64,000 bases of DNA from Candidatus Omnitrophota bacterium (GCA_026387355.1 JAPLLW010000007.1:106198-170197), one strand, 5' to 3'; shown: positions 1-9,471, counted from the first letter of the stretch. Translations and numbers: made by a program. The notes: generated by a model not told the origin, from the letters alone.

Positions 1-95
1 GTATGAGTTCTTGTCCCGAGCTCTTCTTTAGTTGCGCCTATTGATACAACAGATATCTTCCCTGACCATCTCTCAGTCATTAATTGCAGTGCCAT
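1..95 (-). CDS. acsD: Corrinoid iron-sulfur protein small subunit (AcsD/CdhD-like), N-terminal fragment; gene continues beyond window start
   Basis: Minus-strand ATG at 93-95 preceded by GGAGAG RBS. It reads MALQLMTERWSGKISVVSIGATKEELGTRTH, resembling AcsD N-termini. It overlaps the cooC stop by 16 nt. Context: acsC-RACo-cooC upstream. Confidence 0.45.
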   Translation of the reverse strand, partial: MALQLMTERWSGKISVVSIGATKEELGTRTH

Positions 96-832
96 ATTTT
101 CTCTCCTAACTTACGTAAATTATTTATACTAGTATTCTTTTCATTCAAACCCATGAGCGAACCATCCTCTATGCTTGCTTTTTCGATTTCGTTATCTAAT
201 CCTAAAGTGCCCAGGTAAGTAAGCTTTAATTCTGCAATTCTATCTTTATCTAGGGCGCCTTCGAAACGGTTCACAATTAAAAACTTATTCTTGATCTTTA
301 TTTTCAATTCAGAGGTTAGCTCTGTAATCCTTTGAGCCGCCCTAAGCCCTACAACAGAAGCATCAGAAACTACTACTAGACTATCTGCTTCTCGGGTTGT
401 CCTACGGGAGAGGTGCTCAAGCCCTGCCTCGTTATCAATTATTACAAAATCGTAATTCTTAATCAATTTACTCATAGCATTACGCAAGGCATTATTCACA
501 TAACAGTAGCATCCTGGCCCTTCTGGCCTGCCCATAGTTAGAATATCGAAACCATCTCCTTCGATAATGGCAGTTTGTACGCGGTATTCAATATAGGCAT
601 CTTTGCCCATATTCCCTGGTACGCTTTCAGGGTGAGCGCTTATATCGTCTAAAATAGTACCGATGTTTTCCTTAACCTCAATTCCAAGTATTTCGCCAAG
701 ATTACTATTTGGATCAGCGTCTATTGCAATAATCGAGCCTATTTTTTTTTCTTTGATTATGCGTATAATAAGACCGGCAATTGTCGTTTTTCCTGTACCA
801 CCTTTACCCGCCATAGCTATAACAATTCCCAT
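80..832 (-). CDS. cooC: CO dehydrogenase/acetyl-CoA synthase nickel-insertion ATPase, CooC/AcsF (MinD-type P-loop)
   Basis: Deviant Walker A motif GKGGTGKTT at the N-terminus. MinD/ParA-like fold of about 250 aa. Sits in an ACS/CFeSP gene context. Confidence 0.8.
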   Translation of the reverse strand: MGIVIAMAGKGGTGKTTIAGLIIRIIKEKKIGSIIAIDADPNSNLGEILGIEVKENIGTILDDISAHPESVPGNMGKDAYIEYRVQTAIIEGDGFDILTMGRPEGPGCYCYVNNALRNAMSKLIKNYDFVIIDNEAGLEHLSRRTTREADSLVVVSDASVVGLRAAQRITELTSELKIKIKNKFLIVNRFEGALDKDRIAELKLTYLGTLGLDNEIEKASIEDGSLMGLNEKNTSINNLRKLGEKIWHCN

Positions 833-833
833 A

Positions 834-2738
834 TTAACCTTTTAATGAAGGAAATCTTTTCAAGTCAGTATGCGGGAAAAATAGTGCCGCCATATATTCG
901 TCCATATATCCTGCATCAACAGAGAGTTCAAAATAAGTAATCTTACGTGCAATCTCCGCGGCCTGGATGGTAGCGTCAGAAGATAGCAACATCTGCCTTG
1001 CCCCTGCCAGGGCACTATTGCCGATAAAAATAAACCTTTTTCTTTCTAAGTCCGGTAAAAGGCCTATTTTTATAGCGCTCTCTATATCTAATGAGGTGCC
1101 GAATCCTCCCGCAATAAAGATCTTCTTTACATCCGTTAGTTGGAAATTCATGTGTTTAACTAAAATCGAGGTAGCCGAATATATTGCCGCTTTTGCGCGT
1201 TTTAAATTTTCTATATCCGCTTCACTTATTACTATGTCAGTTGAGGCATCGGCCCCTTCCTTAAAAACAACTATAAATTCTTTACCCGATGGGCCATTGC
1301 GTACCCGTTTATGATTCTCGAGCTTAATCTTCCCATTTTTATCAATTACTCCTGCATTAAGCATCTGTGAGATTAAAGAAATGTAACCTGAACCGCATAT
1401 CCCGCGCGGTTTAGTATCTGCGATAGTAAATAAAGTAACTTCAAAATCTTGTGGACCTACTTTTACCTTTTGTATTGCTCCGCTTGATGCGCGCATTCCG
1501 CAACCTACTCCGCTTCCCTCAAACGCCGGTCCCGCAGATGCAGCGCAAGCAACCAGAAAGTCTTTATTGCCTAAGGCGATCTCTCCATTTGTGCCGATAT
1601 CAATTAAAATGCTCAAAGCCTCTTCTTGGTATAGCCCGCTAGATAAAACTCCTGATGTAGTATCTCCACCAACATAGCTTGATACCCCGGGCACACAAGA
1701 TAAAAGCCCGCGCGGATTGATTTTAATTTCAGCCTCAGCTGCTCTTACCACGGGAAGAAAATTTGCTGTTGGCACATATGGTTCACGCCTGATATAAGTA
1801 GGATCAACTCTTAGAAGCAGATGAATCATAGTGGTATTTCCCGTGCAAACTACGTAAGAAACATCATTTAAATCGACGTTGTGTTCAGAGCAAAGCTCTT
1901 TAATCATCTGATTCATTGATTCGGTAACAGCTGCGTGAAGCCTTTCCAGGCCCTCTTCTTGCCGAGCATAAATTATGCGCGTGATTACATCTGAACCAAA
2001 GCTTGCCTGCTTATTATAAGTAGCCTTAGTCCCCAAAATCTTTTTAGTGTTTAAATCAATCAACTGACCCGACAGAGTGGTTGTTCCGATATCAAAAGAT
2101 AAACCGAAATTTTTATTACTGGTGTCACCGGGTTCAATCAAAACAATCTCTACCGTATCATTTCTTTTCCCCAGGGTAACAGTAACCTTCCAGTCTGAAT
2201 CGCGTAACAATTCACCCAGCTGCCTTATATTAGTTAACCCGGTCTGCATAATCGGTAAAGCCTGAACTTTACGTATGCGCTGTAGCAAGCGGTCTAGGTC
2301 ACTAGAAGTATCGTTTAGAGTAGGCTTTGGTAACTCCAGATACATCTTTGTAGCTAGCGGTGAATGCTTAAAGATTGAATCACTTAGAATAGCTTCTTTT
2401 GATTCAACTTCTTCAGATTTAACAAAAATGTCGTTTAACGAGGCATTTAAATCCATCCTTGATTCTTGGGGTATCTCAACCTGCAAGTCGCTATGCACGG
2501 TAGTAAGGCAGGCAAGATAGATATTCTTTTTCTTTTCTTCTAAATCTAGGGCTGGGCTAATCTGGGTAGCTACGTTCCCTTCTTTGAGAATTATTTTACA
2601 TCTACCACACACCCCATCTCCGCCGCAAGCGGAATTTATAAATATACCGCAAGAAATTCCTGCCGAAAGAATGGTTGTGTCTTTGGCTACCTCAACTGTT
2701 TTATTGTCAGGTAAAAATGTGACTTTGTACTTTTGCAT
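834..2738 (-). CDS. Reductive activator of corrinoid Fe-S protein (RACo): N-terminal 2Fe-2S ferredoxin domain plus ASKHA ATPase
   Basis: N-terminus MQKYKVTFLPDNKTVEV...CGGDGVCGRCK is a plant-type 2Fe-2S ferredoxin with cysteine cluster. Length 634 aa and a Gly-rich ASKHA C-terminal half. Adjacent to acsC. Confidence 0.75.
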   Translation of the reverse strand: MQKYKVTFLPDNKTVEVAKDTTILSAGISCGIFINSACGGDGVCGRCKIILKEGNVATQISPALDLEEKKKNIYLACLTTVHSDLQVEIPQESRMDLNASLNDIFVKSEEVESKEAILSDSIFKHSPLATKMYLELPKPTLNDTSSDLDRLLQRIRKVQALPIMQTGLTNIRQLGELLRDSDWKVTVTLGKRNDTVEIVLIEPGDTSNKNFGLSFDIGTTTLSGQLIDLNTKKILGTKATYNKQASFGSDVITRIIYARQEEGLERLHAAVTESMNQMIKELCSEHNVDLNDVSYVVCTGNTTMIHLLLRVDPTYIRREPYVPTANFLPVVRAAEAEIKINPRGLLSCVPGVSSYVGGDTTSGVLSSGLYQEEALSILIDIGTNGEIALGNKDFLVACAASAGPAFEGSGVGCGMRASSGAIQKVKVGPQDFEVTLFTIADTKPRGICGSGYISLISQMLNAGVIDKNGKIKLENHKRVRNGPSGKEFIVVFKEGADASTDIVISEADIENLKRAKAAIYSATSILVKHMNFQLTDVKKIFIAGGFGTSLDIESAIKIGLLPDLERKRFIFIGNSALAGARQMLLSSDATIQAAEIARKITYFELSVDAGYMDEYMAALFFPHTDLKRFPSLKG

Positions 2739-2745
2739 AGTTAGT

Positions 2746-4074
2746 TTACAAATTCTTTAAAAAAGACGGAATTCCCGCAGCCTCTTTGGGTCCGACGATT
2801 ATTTCAAAGCCTGACTCATCCTGAAGTTCACCGCTCATCATCGCGACATAACCTGGGATAACCAGTTTTTTGTGCGTCACGACTTCAGCTAGTGCAAATT
2901 TATTAATTGACTCAGCGATTTTATGCGGTGTAAATTTTTCTGCAGCCCAGGCAGTTAAAACAGACATCCCTTCGGTATCAACACTCATGATATAAGCAGG
3001 TATCTTACTTGCCTCTACTTCCCCCAAGACCGTAAAATATGAAAGTGAGAAATTCGTGGTTATTAATACCGGAGATTTATTGTTAACAGAGCCGATGGGA
3101 TAAAGTTTTGGTTCGATCTGGAGAGGTTTTTGAGGGTCGGTGTAAATATTCTGGCGTAGAGTTAAAAGCGACAAAACCTGCCAGCTTTCAAAGCCCTTGA
3201 TCAGAACAATACCGGCGTATTTAGAAATATAGGTAGCTGCTTCTTGGATCTCCTCAAATGGGTCATCCTGTTCAACTATAACTAACGCAGGATATCCTAA
3301 GGCGCGGTTAGATTTTTTGAGCGCTAATCTCCTGATTTGCGTTAAATCCCATATTTTATCAGCAATTGGTTTATTAGCCGTTTCAATTATTAAATCGGTT
3401 ACTCCCTGGCTTGTCAATTCAATGGTCAACTCGGCAACCTTTTCTAGGTCTTGGCCATAAACTACAAGCGGACTCTTATACTCTTTAGCCAATTGTGCAA
3501 CCTGGCTTAAATTTTCTCGAGTTGCATGATAAATCAGTGGGTTTTTACCCTTAGTTAACTCAAGCGCTAACTTTAATCCGGAAAGATCACCCGCCATAAG
3601 CACAAGGCCCAAGGAAGTTTTACTAGAAATTATTTTAACTGCATCAGAAAACCTTTTACCATCATTAATTTGCCTGATTGCTACAAGGTTAATCTCTAGT
3701 TTCTGGCCTACGCGTTCAAATGTAAGGCTGTTTATCTTATCTAACTTATCTATAATCTGGCTATCAGTAAGACTATCCTCGATTATAAAGCCTATGCCGC
3801 ACGGCCGGTGAAATTTCTCTTCGTGCCTGAATAATACGCTTTCATTACCGATTTCTAGCTTCTGTTCGCCAGCTCCGATAGTAATTAATTTTATCGGCGG
3901 CAAGCTTGATGCCTCTAAGTTTGCTTTAGCCTCCAGGCTTAAGTACGGGCATTTTTCAATAGCTACCGCTTTTTTAGCGAGTTGCATAGCAAAAGCCAGG
4001 CAAGTTGCAAAGCCGCATTCTTTACAATTTGTTTTCGGTAAAAGCTTGTAAATATCCAATCCTGATAAAGCCAT
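2746..4074 (-). CDS. acsC: Corrinoid iron-sulfur protein large subunit (acetyl-CoA synthase gamma subunit AcsC/CdhE)
   Basis: N-terminal LSGLDIYKLLPKTNCKECGFATCLAFAMQLA Fe-S motif is typical of AcsC. Protein is about 440 aa. Confidence 0.8.
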   Translation of the reverse strand: MALSGLDIYKLLPKTNCKECGFATCLAFAMQLAKKAVAIEKCPYLSLEAKANLEASSLPPIKLITIGAGEQKLEIGNESVLFRHEEKFHRPCGIGFIIEDSLTDSQIIDKLDKINSLTFERVGQKLEINLVAIRQINDGKRFSDAVKIISSKTSLGLVLMAGDLSGLKLALELTKGKNPLIYHATRENLSQVAQLAKEYKSPLVVYGQDLEKVAELTIELTSQGVTDLIIETANKPIADKIWDLTQIRRLALKKSNRALGYPALVIVEQDDPFEEIQEAATYISKYAGIVLIKGFESWQVLSLLTLRQNIYTDPQKPLQIEPKLYPIGSVNNKSPVLITTNFSLSYFTVLGEVEASKIPAYIMSVDTEGMSVLTAWAAEKFTPHKIAESINKFALAEVVTHKKLVIPGYVAMMSGELQDESGFEIIVGPKEAAGIPSFLKNL

Positions 4075-4086
4075 GGTAGTTGCTCC

Positions 4087-4488
4087 TTATTTTAGTTCAA
4101 ATATTTCACGGTTGTTAATTTTAAATAATCTTTTTGCAAATTTCTCCGAGTCAGCATGTCCTTTTAGTTTCTCTAAGGCGTGTACCAGCGTTTTCTTAAG
4201 AGAGATTTGAATACTTTTATTATTATGCAGATTAAGCATTACAATTTTAATCCGCTTAGCCTTATGTTTATGTATATTGCCTTTACCATAGGTTGCCCCG
4301 GTTGAAAGCTGTAAACCGTCCACAAGGCAGGATCTGGGTTTCTGGGTAGCGCCGTAAACTTTAACGCTTAAGCCAAAGTATTTTTTACATCCTATTCTTC
4401 TTAATCCTAATACACCTGCGCGTAAACCTAAAGCTAAGTAAGGACCAAGGTGTCCATGGAATTCAACTGCGCTCTTTAAGGAGTTCAT
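4087..4488 (-). CDS. FmdE/FwdE-family domain protein
   Basis: EFHGHLGPYLALGLRAG...CLVDGLQLSTGATYGKGN matches the FmdE domain signature. The usual Cys in HGHxCP is replaced by Gly. Confidence 0.55.
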   Translation of the reverse strand: MNSLKSAVEFHGHLGPYLALGLRAGVLGLRRIGCKKYFGLSVKVYGATQKPRSCLVDGLQLSTGATYGKGNIHKHKAKRIKIVMLNLHNNKSIQISLKKTLVHALEKLKGHADSEKFAKRLFKINNREIFELK

Positions 4489-5153
4489 TTGTTTACGAGG
4501 CTTGCAAAATATCCGGCGCCAAAACCATTATCAATATTCATTGTGGCTATTCCCGGTGAGCAGCTATTCAGCATAGTTAATAAAGCAGCCAGTCCTTTAA
4601 AACTTGAGCCATAACCGCAACTAGTAGGTACGGCAACAACCGGTACACTTACTAATCCGCTGACCAGGCTAGCTAGCGCACCCTCCATCCCAGCGACAAC
4701 AATAATTACGTTCGCCTTTCTTAAGAGTTGATTATGGGCGATTACGCGGTGCACCCCTGCAACACCTACGTCAAAGAGTCTTTCAAGTCGGTTTCCCATA
4801 ACCTCTAATGTTACGCATGCTTCTTCTGCTATAGGAAGATCGGAAGTCCCCGCAGAGATTACTAAGACTAGGCCTTTTTTAGTTGCTTTATTTTTTCTAG
4901 CTAAATAGCCTATTTTACCGAGACAATTATATTTTAAACCCGGAATGTATCTTTTTAAATAGGTAAATATTTCTTTTTCTAATTTAGTAAGCAGTAAGTC
5001 CTGTTTTTTCTTCAGTAGTTGAATGGCAATCTTCCTGATATGCTCTTTTGTTTTACCTGAAGAATAAATTACTTCGGCAAAACCTCGGCGTTTTTGTCTA
5101 TCTAAATCAACTTTAGCAAAACCTAAATCGGAAAAACCTCGCCTGGAAGACAT
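4485..5153 (-). CDS. larB: LarB-like nickel-pincer cofactor biosynthesis protein (PurE-like pyridinium-3,5-biscarboxylic acid mononucleotide synthase)
   Basis: N-terminal DLGFAKVDLDRQKRRGFAEVIYSSGKT and PurE-like core VISAGTSDLPIAEE...VAGMEGALASLVSGLVSVPVVAVPTSCGYG. Confidence 0.7.
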   Translation of the reverse strand: MSSRRGFSDLGFAKVDLDRQKRRGFAEVIYSSGKTKEHIRKIAIQLLKKKQDLLLTKLEKEIFTYLKRYIPGLKYNCLGKIGYLARKNKATKKGLVLVISAGTSDLPIAEEACVTLEVMGNRLERLFDVGVAGVHRVIAHNQLLRKANVIIVVAGMEGALASLVSGLVSVPVVAVPTSCGYGSSFKGLAALLTMLNSCSPGIATMNIDNGFGAGYFASLVNK

Positions 5154-5165
5154 AGTTATAATAAT

Positions 5166-5474
5166 TTAACCTCGGAAGATAAGCGTAAGCAAAAGAACAA
5201 TCAGTGCGATAGCCAGAATATAAAAGTCATTGAAATAAAGGAAATCACTTATCGTATCTTGCAATGAATTATGTTTGGCTTTGGCGGTTTTATGGGTTTG
5301 GGGTCGTTTTGTTTTATGGTAGTCGTGTACCTGCTCTTTTTTAAACCTCAGGTATACACCTCCAACCTTGTATGCAGGTATTGTCCCAATTTCAGCTAGG
5401 TTCATAACTTCCTTTTCGGAGATATTCAGCAAGACAGCTACTTCTCTGACTGTTAAAAGTTTTTCTTCATTCAT
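5166..5474 (-). CDS. Small HTH_17 (excisionase/MerR-like) DNA-binding protein with C-terminal transmembrane anchor
   Basis: LLTVREVAVLLNISEKEVMNLAEIGTIPAYKVGGVYLRFKKEQV is an HTH_17-type motif. The C-terminal FYILAIALIVLLLTLIF segment is hydrophobic. Confidence 0.5.
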   Translation of the reverse strand: MNEEKLLTVREVAVLLNISEKEVMNLAEIGTIPAYKVGGVYLRFKKEQVHDYHKTKRPQTHKTAKAKHNSLQDTISDFLYFNDFYILAIALIVLLLTLIFRG

Positions 5475-5488
5475 AAGAATATCCTGAC

Positions 5489-5992
5489 CTATTTTCCAAT
5501 TTTACCTGAACCTAACCAGGAATCAATCGCCCTTCTTTCAAATTTCCAGTCGTTTCCTTCCTTTTGCGCTGGAACCTTACCGGAGTTTGCCCATTCCATG
5601 ATTGAGTTAAGGTCAACCTCTAAATATTTAGCCAATTCTTCGGAATTCAAATAGTCATGTAGCATGCAGCATCTGCCTTCGAGTATCGCCCCTTCGGCAA
5701 TATTTAATTTAGCTGGAAGAATATCCCCATTTACTATAGCAGTAGGTAACAAGGTTAATCTTTCTTTGGCGATAATCTTTCCTCGCACTCTGCCTCCGAC
5801 GATGATGTTATCGCCGATAATTTCAGCGTTTACTACTGCCGAAGAGCCGATAGTTAAATTGCCTTTTACCTCTAAATTTCCTTCAAATTTACCATTAATA
5901 CGTAGATTAACCGCATCCTTAAAGCTCAGTGTCCCTTGCATGGAGGCATCAACATCTAAAATCTTCTCTTCAATTTTTTTCTTGAAAGCCAT
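5489..5992 (-). CDS. Bactofilin-domain protein fused to a C-terminal HTH_17 DNA-binding domain
   Basis: Beta-helical bactofilin repeats (FEGNLEVKGNLTIGSSAVVNAEIIGDNIIVGGRVRGKIIAKERLTLLPTAIVNGDI). C-terminus LNSEELAKYLEVDLNSIMEWANSGKVPAQKEGNDWKFERRAIDSWL is paralogous to the neighbouring HTH. Confidence 0.6.
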   Translation of the reverse strand: MAFKKKIEEKILDVDASMQGTLSFKDAVNLRINGKFEGNLEVKGNLTIGSSAVVNAEIIGDNIIVGGRVRGKIIAKERLTLLPTAIVNGDILPAKLNIAEGAILEGRCCMLHDYLNSEELAKYLEVDLNSIMEWANSGKVPAQKEGNDWKFERRAIDSWLGSGKIGK

Positions 5993-6003
5993 ATTTAACC
6001 TCC

Positions 6004-6462
6004 TTATTTTTTATGCTGTTTTTCCTTTTCATCCGGAAAAAGTATAATCTCTGCGTATCTTAAGAAGAAGAGTACAACTACTGCTAAAATTGTTGTATAA
6101 ATAGCCGCTCTTTTGAAACCGCATCCACAGGCAAGGCCAATTCCGGCTACAACCCAAAGGCTAGCCGCAGTAGTCAAGCCCTTTATACCTTCTCTTTCAC
6201 GGATAATGGTTCCGGCTCCTAGAAAACCGATTCCGGTAATTACGCCTGCCGCAATCCGCGCCGGGTCTACATTAGCTATGCCTCTATATATATCAAAAAC
6301 ATAGATAGATGTCAACATTATAAGGCAGGAACCCAGAGCAACTAGAATGTGAGTACGTAGACCTGCAGTTCTTTTGTGGAGTTGACGCTCAAAGCCGATA
6401 AGGCCGCTTAAGACTACAGTTAAAACCAGGCGCATAATAATCTGGTTGTCTCCTAGCATCAC
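6004..6462 (-). CDS. MgtC/SapB family membrane protein
   Basis: LVLTVVLSGLIGFERQLHKRTAGLRTHILVALGS is the MgtC signature. Four to five TM helices. Confidence 0.7.
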   Translation of the reverse strand: MMLGDNQIIMRLVLTVVLSGLIGFERQLHKRTAGLRTHILVALGSCLIMLTSIYVFDIYRGIANVDPARIAAGVITGIGFLGAGTIIREREGIKGLTTAASLWVVAGIGLACGCGFKRAAIYTTILAVVVLFFLRYAEIILFPDEKEKQHKK

Positions 6463-6473
6463 TAACCTCCTAT

Positions 6474-7457
6474 TTAGTTTAATTCAACAGTTAAGCTTAA
6501 ATCCGAATGGTAACCCTTTTTAAATAATTGGTAACCTAAGCCAGCGACCATAGCCGCATTATCCATGCAAAGTGATTTTTGCGGAAAGTAAAGATCAAGT
6601 TTGTGCGATTTTTGAGCTAAAATGAATTTTTCTCTTAAGCGATTATTTGCAACAACGCCACCTCCAAGAAGTAAGCGGCTTGATTTTTTAAGCCTGCAGG
6701 CAGCCAAAGTTTTTCTTACTAAAACATCTATAACTGTTTCTTGGAAAGATGCACAGATATCGCGTTTCTCTTTAAGGCTAATGCGTCTTCCTCGAGTAAG
6801 GTATAAAATTGCGGTTTTTATCCCGCTAAAACTAAAATTAAAGTCATCCCTTGAGCCCGAACAGTTAAGTTTAATTTTTTTGGGATTCCCAAGTTTAGCC
6901 ATTTTTTCAATTAAAGGGCCACCCGGGTAGCCCAGACCTAATATTTTTGCTACCTTATCAAATGCCTCCCCGCAGGCATCGTCTTTAGTCTCTCCGAGCA
7001 GCTCTATTTTATTAAAATCGTGAACATGAAATATACTGGTATGTCCCCCTGATACAACTAAGGCCATAAAAGGAAGCTCGATCCTTTTTGAGTCCAGGAA
7101 ATTGGCATAAAAATGACTGTACACATGGTCTATTCCTAATAGCGGACGGTCTAAAGCAAGGCTTAATGACTTAGCAAAAGATATGCCTACTAACAAAGAT
7201 CCAAGTAGTCCGGGCCGATTAGTTACGCTGATTAAATCAATATCTTTTAGTTTAATGCGCGCCTTCTTTACAGCGCTTTCAGTAATTTTGGTAATTGTTT
7301 CAAGTTGTATGCGCGAGGCAATTTCCGGGATCACCCCTCCGTATCTCTTATGAAATTCTAAGCTAGAAGCAACTTCATTAGAGAGTACCTTTTGCCCGTC
7401 TTTTACAATTGCTGCGGAAGTCTCATCGCAGGATGTTTCAATTCCTAAAACTATCAC
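6474..7457 (-). CDS. tsaD: tRNA N6-adenosine threonylcarbamoyltransferase TsaD
   Basis: MIVLGIETSCDETSAAIV N-terminus and Kae1/TsaD family length. Confidence 0.9.
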   Translation of the reverse strand: MIVLGIETSCDETSAAIVKDGQKVLSNEVASSLEFHKRYGGVIPEIASRIQLETITKITESAVKKARIKLKDIDLISVTNRPGLLGSLLVGISFAKSLSLALDRPLLGIDHVYSHFYANFLDSKRIELPFMALVVSGGHTSIFHVHDFNKIELLGETKDDACGEAFDKVAKILGLGYPGGPLIEKMAKLGNPKKIKLNCSGSRDDFNFSFSGIKTAILYLTRGRRISLKEKRDICASFQETVIDVLVRKTLAACRLKKSSRLLLGGGVVANNRLREKFILAQKSHKLDLYFPQKSLCMDNAAMVAGLGYQLFKKGYHSDLSLTVELN

Positions 7458-8224
7458 TTTGCCATCTCCGATAAGTATACAAATCTATATCCTTCTTTGG
7501 CAAGTTGCGGCATGGCTTCTTTTAAAACTTCTAAAGTTAATTTGCGATCATGGCCAATGCCTATGGCAAATCCGCTACTTTTAGCTTTAGATTTTAAACG
7601 ATTTATCTGACCCAAAATATATTCACGACTAGCGACATTATCTAAGAAAACATCTCTTTTAAATATTTTATAATTAAATTTATGTGATAATTCGATGCAA
7701 ACAGAAGCAGGATTAACAAAGCTGTCCAAAAAATAAAGATTTCTTTTCTTTAGTTCCTTAAAAACTGCCTCCATAATTCTTAAATCCCCCGTAGCTTTTG
7801 AGCCCATGTGATTATTGACTCCTCTAGCGTAAGTAAGATTAGTTAAGTCATCAGCTATAACCTTAATAATTTTATCTCTAGACATAGAAGAGGAAATGGT
7901 ATTTTTTTCAAGAGGTAGCTTTTCTAGCGGCTGCATAGGCAAGTGCAGCATTATTTCAAAGCCTTCCGAATGTAATTTAGAGGCAATTTCTTGAGAATAC
8001 TTAAGATTTGGCAGGATAGATACGTTAAGCGGATATTTAATTTTTTCTATAGCGCTTAAGTTATTCAGGCTATACCCCCAGTCATCAATAACTATGGCGA
8101 TCTCTCCCTTTATAGTAACAGCAGGTATTATTGGTCTGATTATCTTTTTGGGTTTCTCGCGAAAGATTGTTACAACTATAATCAGGAATATAAAAAGTAT
8201 AGTAAAAATTATTGCCCGCTTCAC
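7454..8224 (-). CDS. Divergent polysaccharide deacetylase family protein (YibQ-like)
   Basis: N-terminal TM helix, then IAIVIDDWGYS...NNHMGS motifs of PF04748. Confidence 0.6.
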   Translation of the reverse strand: MKRAIIFTILFIFLIIVVTIFREKPKKIIRPIIPAVTIKGEIAIVIDDWGYSLNNLSAIEKIKYPLNVSILPNLKYSQEIASKLHSEGFEIMLHLPMQPLEKLPLEKNTISSSMSRDKIIKVIADDLTNLTYARGVNNHMGSKATGDLRIMEAVFKELKKRNLYFLDSFVNPASVCIELSHKFNYKIFKRDVFLDNVASREYILGQINRLKSKAKSSGFAIGIGHDRKLTLEVLKEAMPQLAKEGYRFVYLSEMAK

Positions 8225-9471
8225 TTTGAACCAGCCTTGTTATCTATTTTTCCGGTCTTTAGGATTTCAAGGGCACTACTAATCTGAAGGTCGCTTTTAT
8301 AATCAAGTGGTTTTTTATCAGTTAGAGGTTTATCTTTTAGTCCTGCCTCTTCAAGTATCTCTTGATTCTTATCGGCTTCTTTCTCCGGACTAATTATAAC
8401 GTCAGGAACGACTCCTTTGTTATGGATTACCTTTCCTAGTGGCGTAAAATACTTACTTGTAGTTAATCTTAAGGCTGAGCCATCGCTTAATGGTATAACG
8501 GTTTGCACAGAGCCTTTTCCGAATGAAGTTGCGCCTACTATGGTTGCCCGTTTATAATCTTGTAGTGCGCCAGCGACTATTTCGCTACCGGAAGCCGATC
8601 CTTCGTTAATTAAGATCACCAAAGGAATGTTGAGCATAGGATGCAAAGTGTGCGCTACAAATTGGACATCTTGGTCATTTTTTCTTCCCCTAGTATAAAC
8701 AACAAGTTTTCCTTTGGGGATAAACTCTCCAGTTATATCTACCGCACTCTCAAGTAGCCCTCCGGGGTTATTGCGTAAATCTAAAATAAGTGAATTCATC
8801 CCTTTTTTAGAAAGACGCTCTAATGCCGCATTAAAATCTGCAGGAGTATTCTCTCTGAATTCAACTAAGCGTATATAACCAATTCCATCTTCCAGTATTT
8901 TTGCCTCTTTGATATCCTTAATTTTTATAATAGCTCGTACAATTTTAAACTCTAAGACTTTTTTCTCGGATTCTCTTAAAACAGTGAGATTAGCCGCTTC
9001 TCCTGGTTTACCGCGCATCTTTTTTACTGCTTCAGTCAAGGTTAGATCGCGCGTTAATTCGTTATTAATCTTCACGATGCGATCCCCTGGTTTTAATCCT
9101 GCTCTCCATGCCGGCGTACCTTCTATGGGGGTGATTACGGTGAGTAGTCCGTCTTTTATGGTAATCTCAATACCTAACCCACCAAAGTTTCCTTTTGTAT
9201 CAACCTTTAGTTCATTATAGGTATCTGGATCCATAAACTGACTGTGCGCGTCTAGCGAAGAGAGCATGCCTTTTAATGCTCCGTAAATCAAATCTTTAGG
9301 TTTTACTTCTTCCATATAATCAGATTGTATAATTGCCAGGGTATCTGCGAAGAGCTCAACCTGTCGGTACAAATCATCTCTTTTCTTCCTTTCGGAACCC
9401 GAGAGAGCAGCCGAAAGAGAGGCAAAAAGTACTACAAAAGTTAGCGAAATAATAATAATTCGATTACGCAT
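8221..9471 (-). CDS. ctpA: Carboxyl-terminal processing protease (S41 family, PDZ domain)
   Basis: Signal peptide, PDZ region (GGLGIEI...AGLKPGDRIVKIN) and S41 catalytic region (GSASGSEI...K). Confidence 0.85.
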   Translation of the reverse strand: MRNRIIIISLTFVVLFASLSAALSGSERKKRDDLYRQVELFADTLAIIQSDYMEEVKPKDLIYGALKGMLSSLDAHSQFMDPDTYNELKVDTKGNFGGLGIEITIKDGLLTVITPIEGTPAWRAGLKPGDRIVKINNELTRDLTLTEAVKKMRGKPGEAANLTVLRESEKKVLEFKIVRAIIKIKDIKEAKILEDGIGYIRLVEFRENTPADFNAALERLSKKGMNSLILDLRNNPGGLLESAVDITGEFIPKGKLVVYTRGRKNDQDVQFVAHTLHPMLNIPLVILINEGSASGSEIVAGALQDYKRATIVGATSFGKGSVQTVIPLSDGSALRLTTSKYFTPLGKVIHNKGVVPDVIISPEKEADKNQEILEEAGLKDKPLTDKKPLDYKSDLQISSALEILKTGKIDNKAGSK

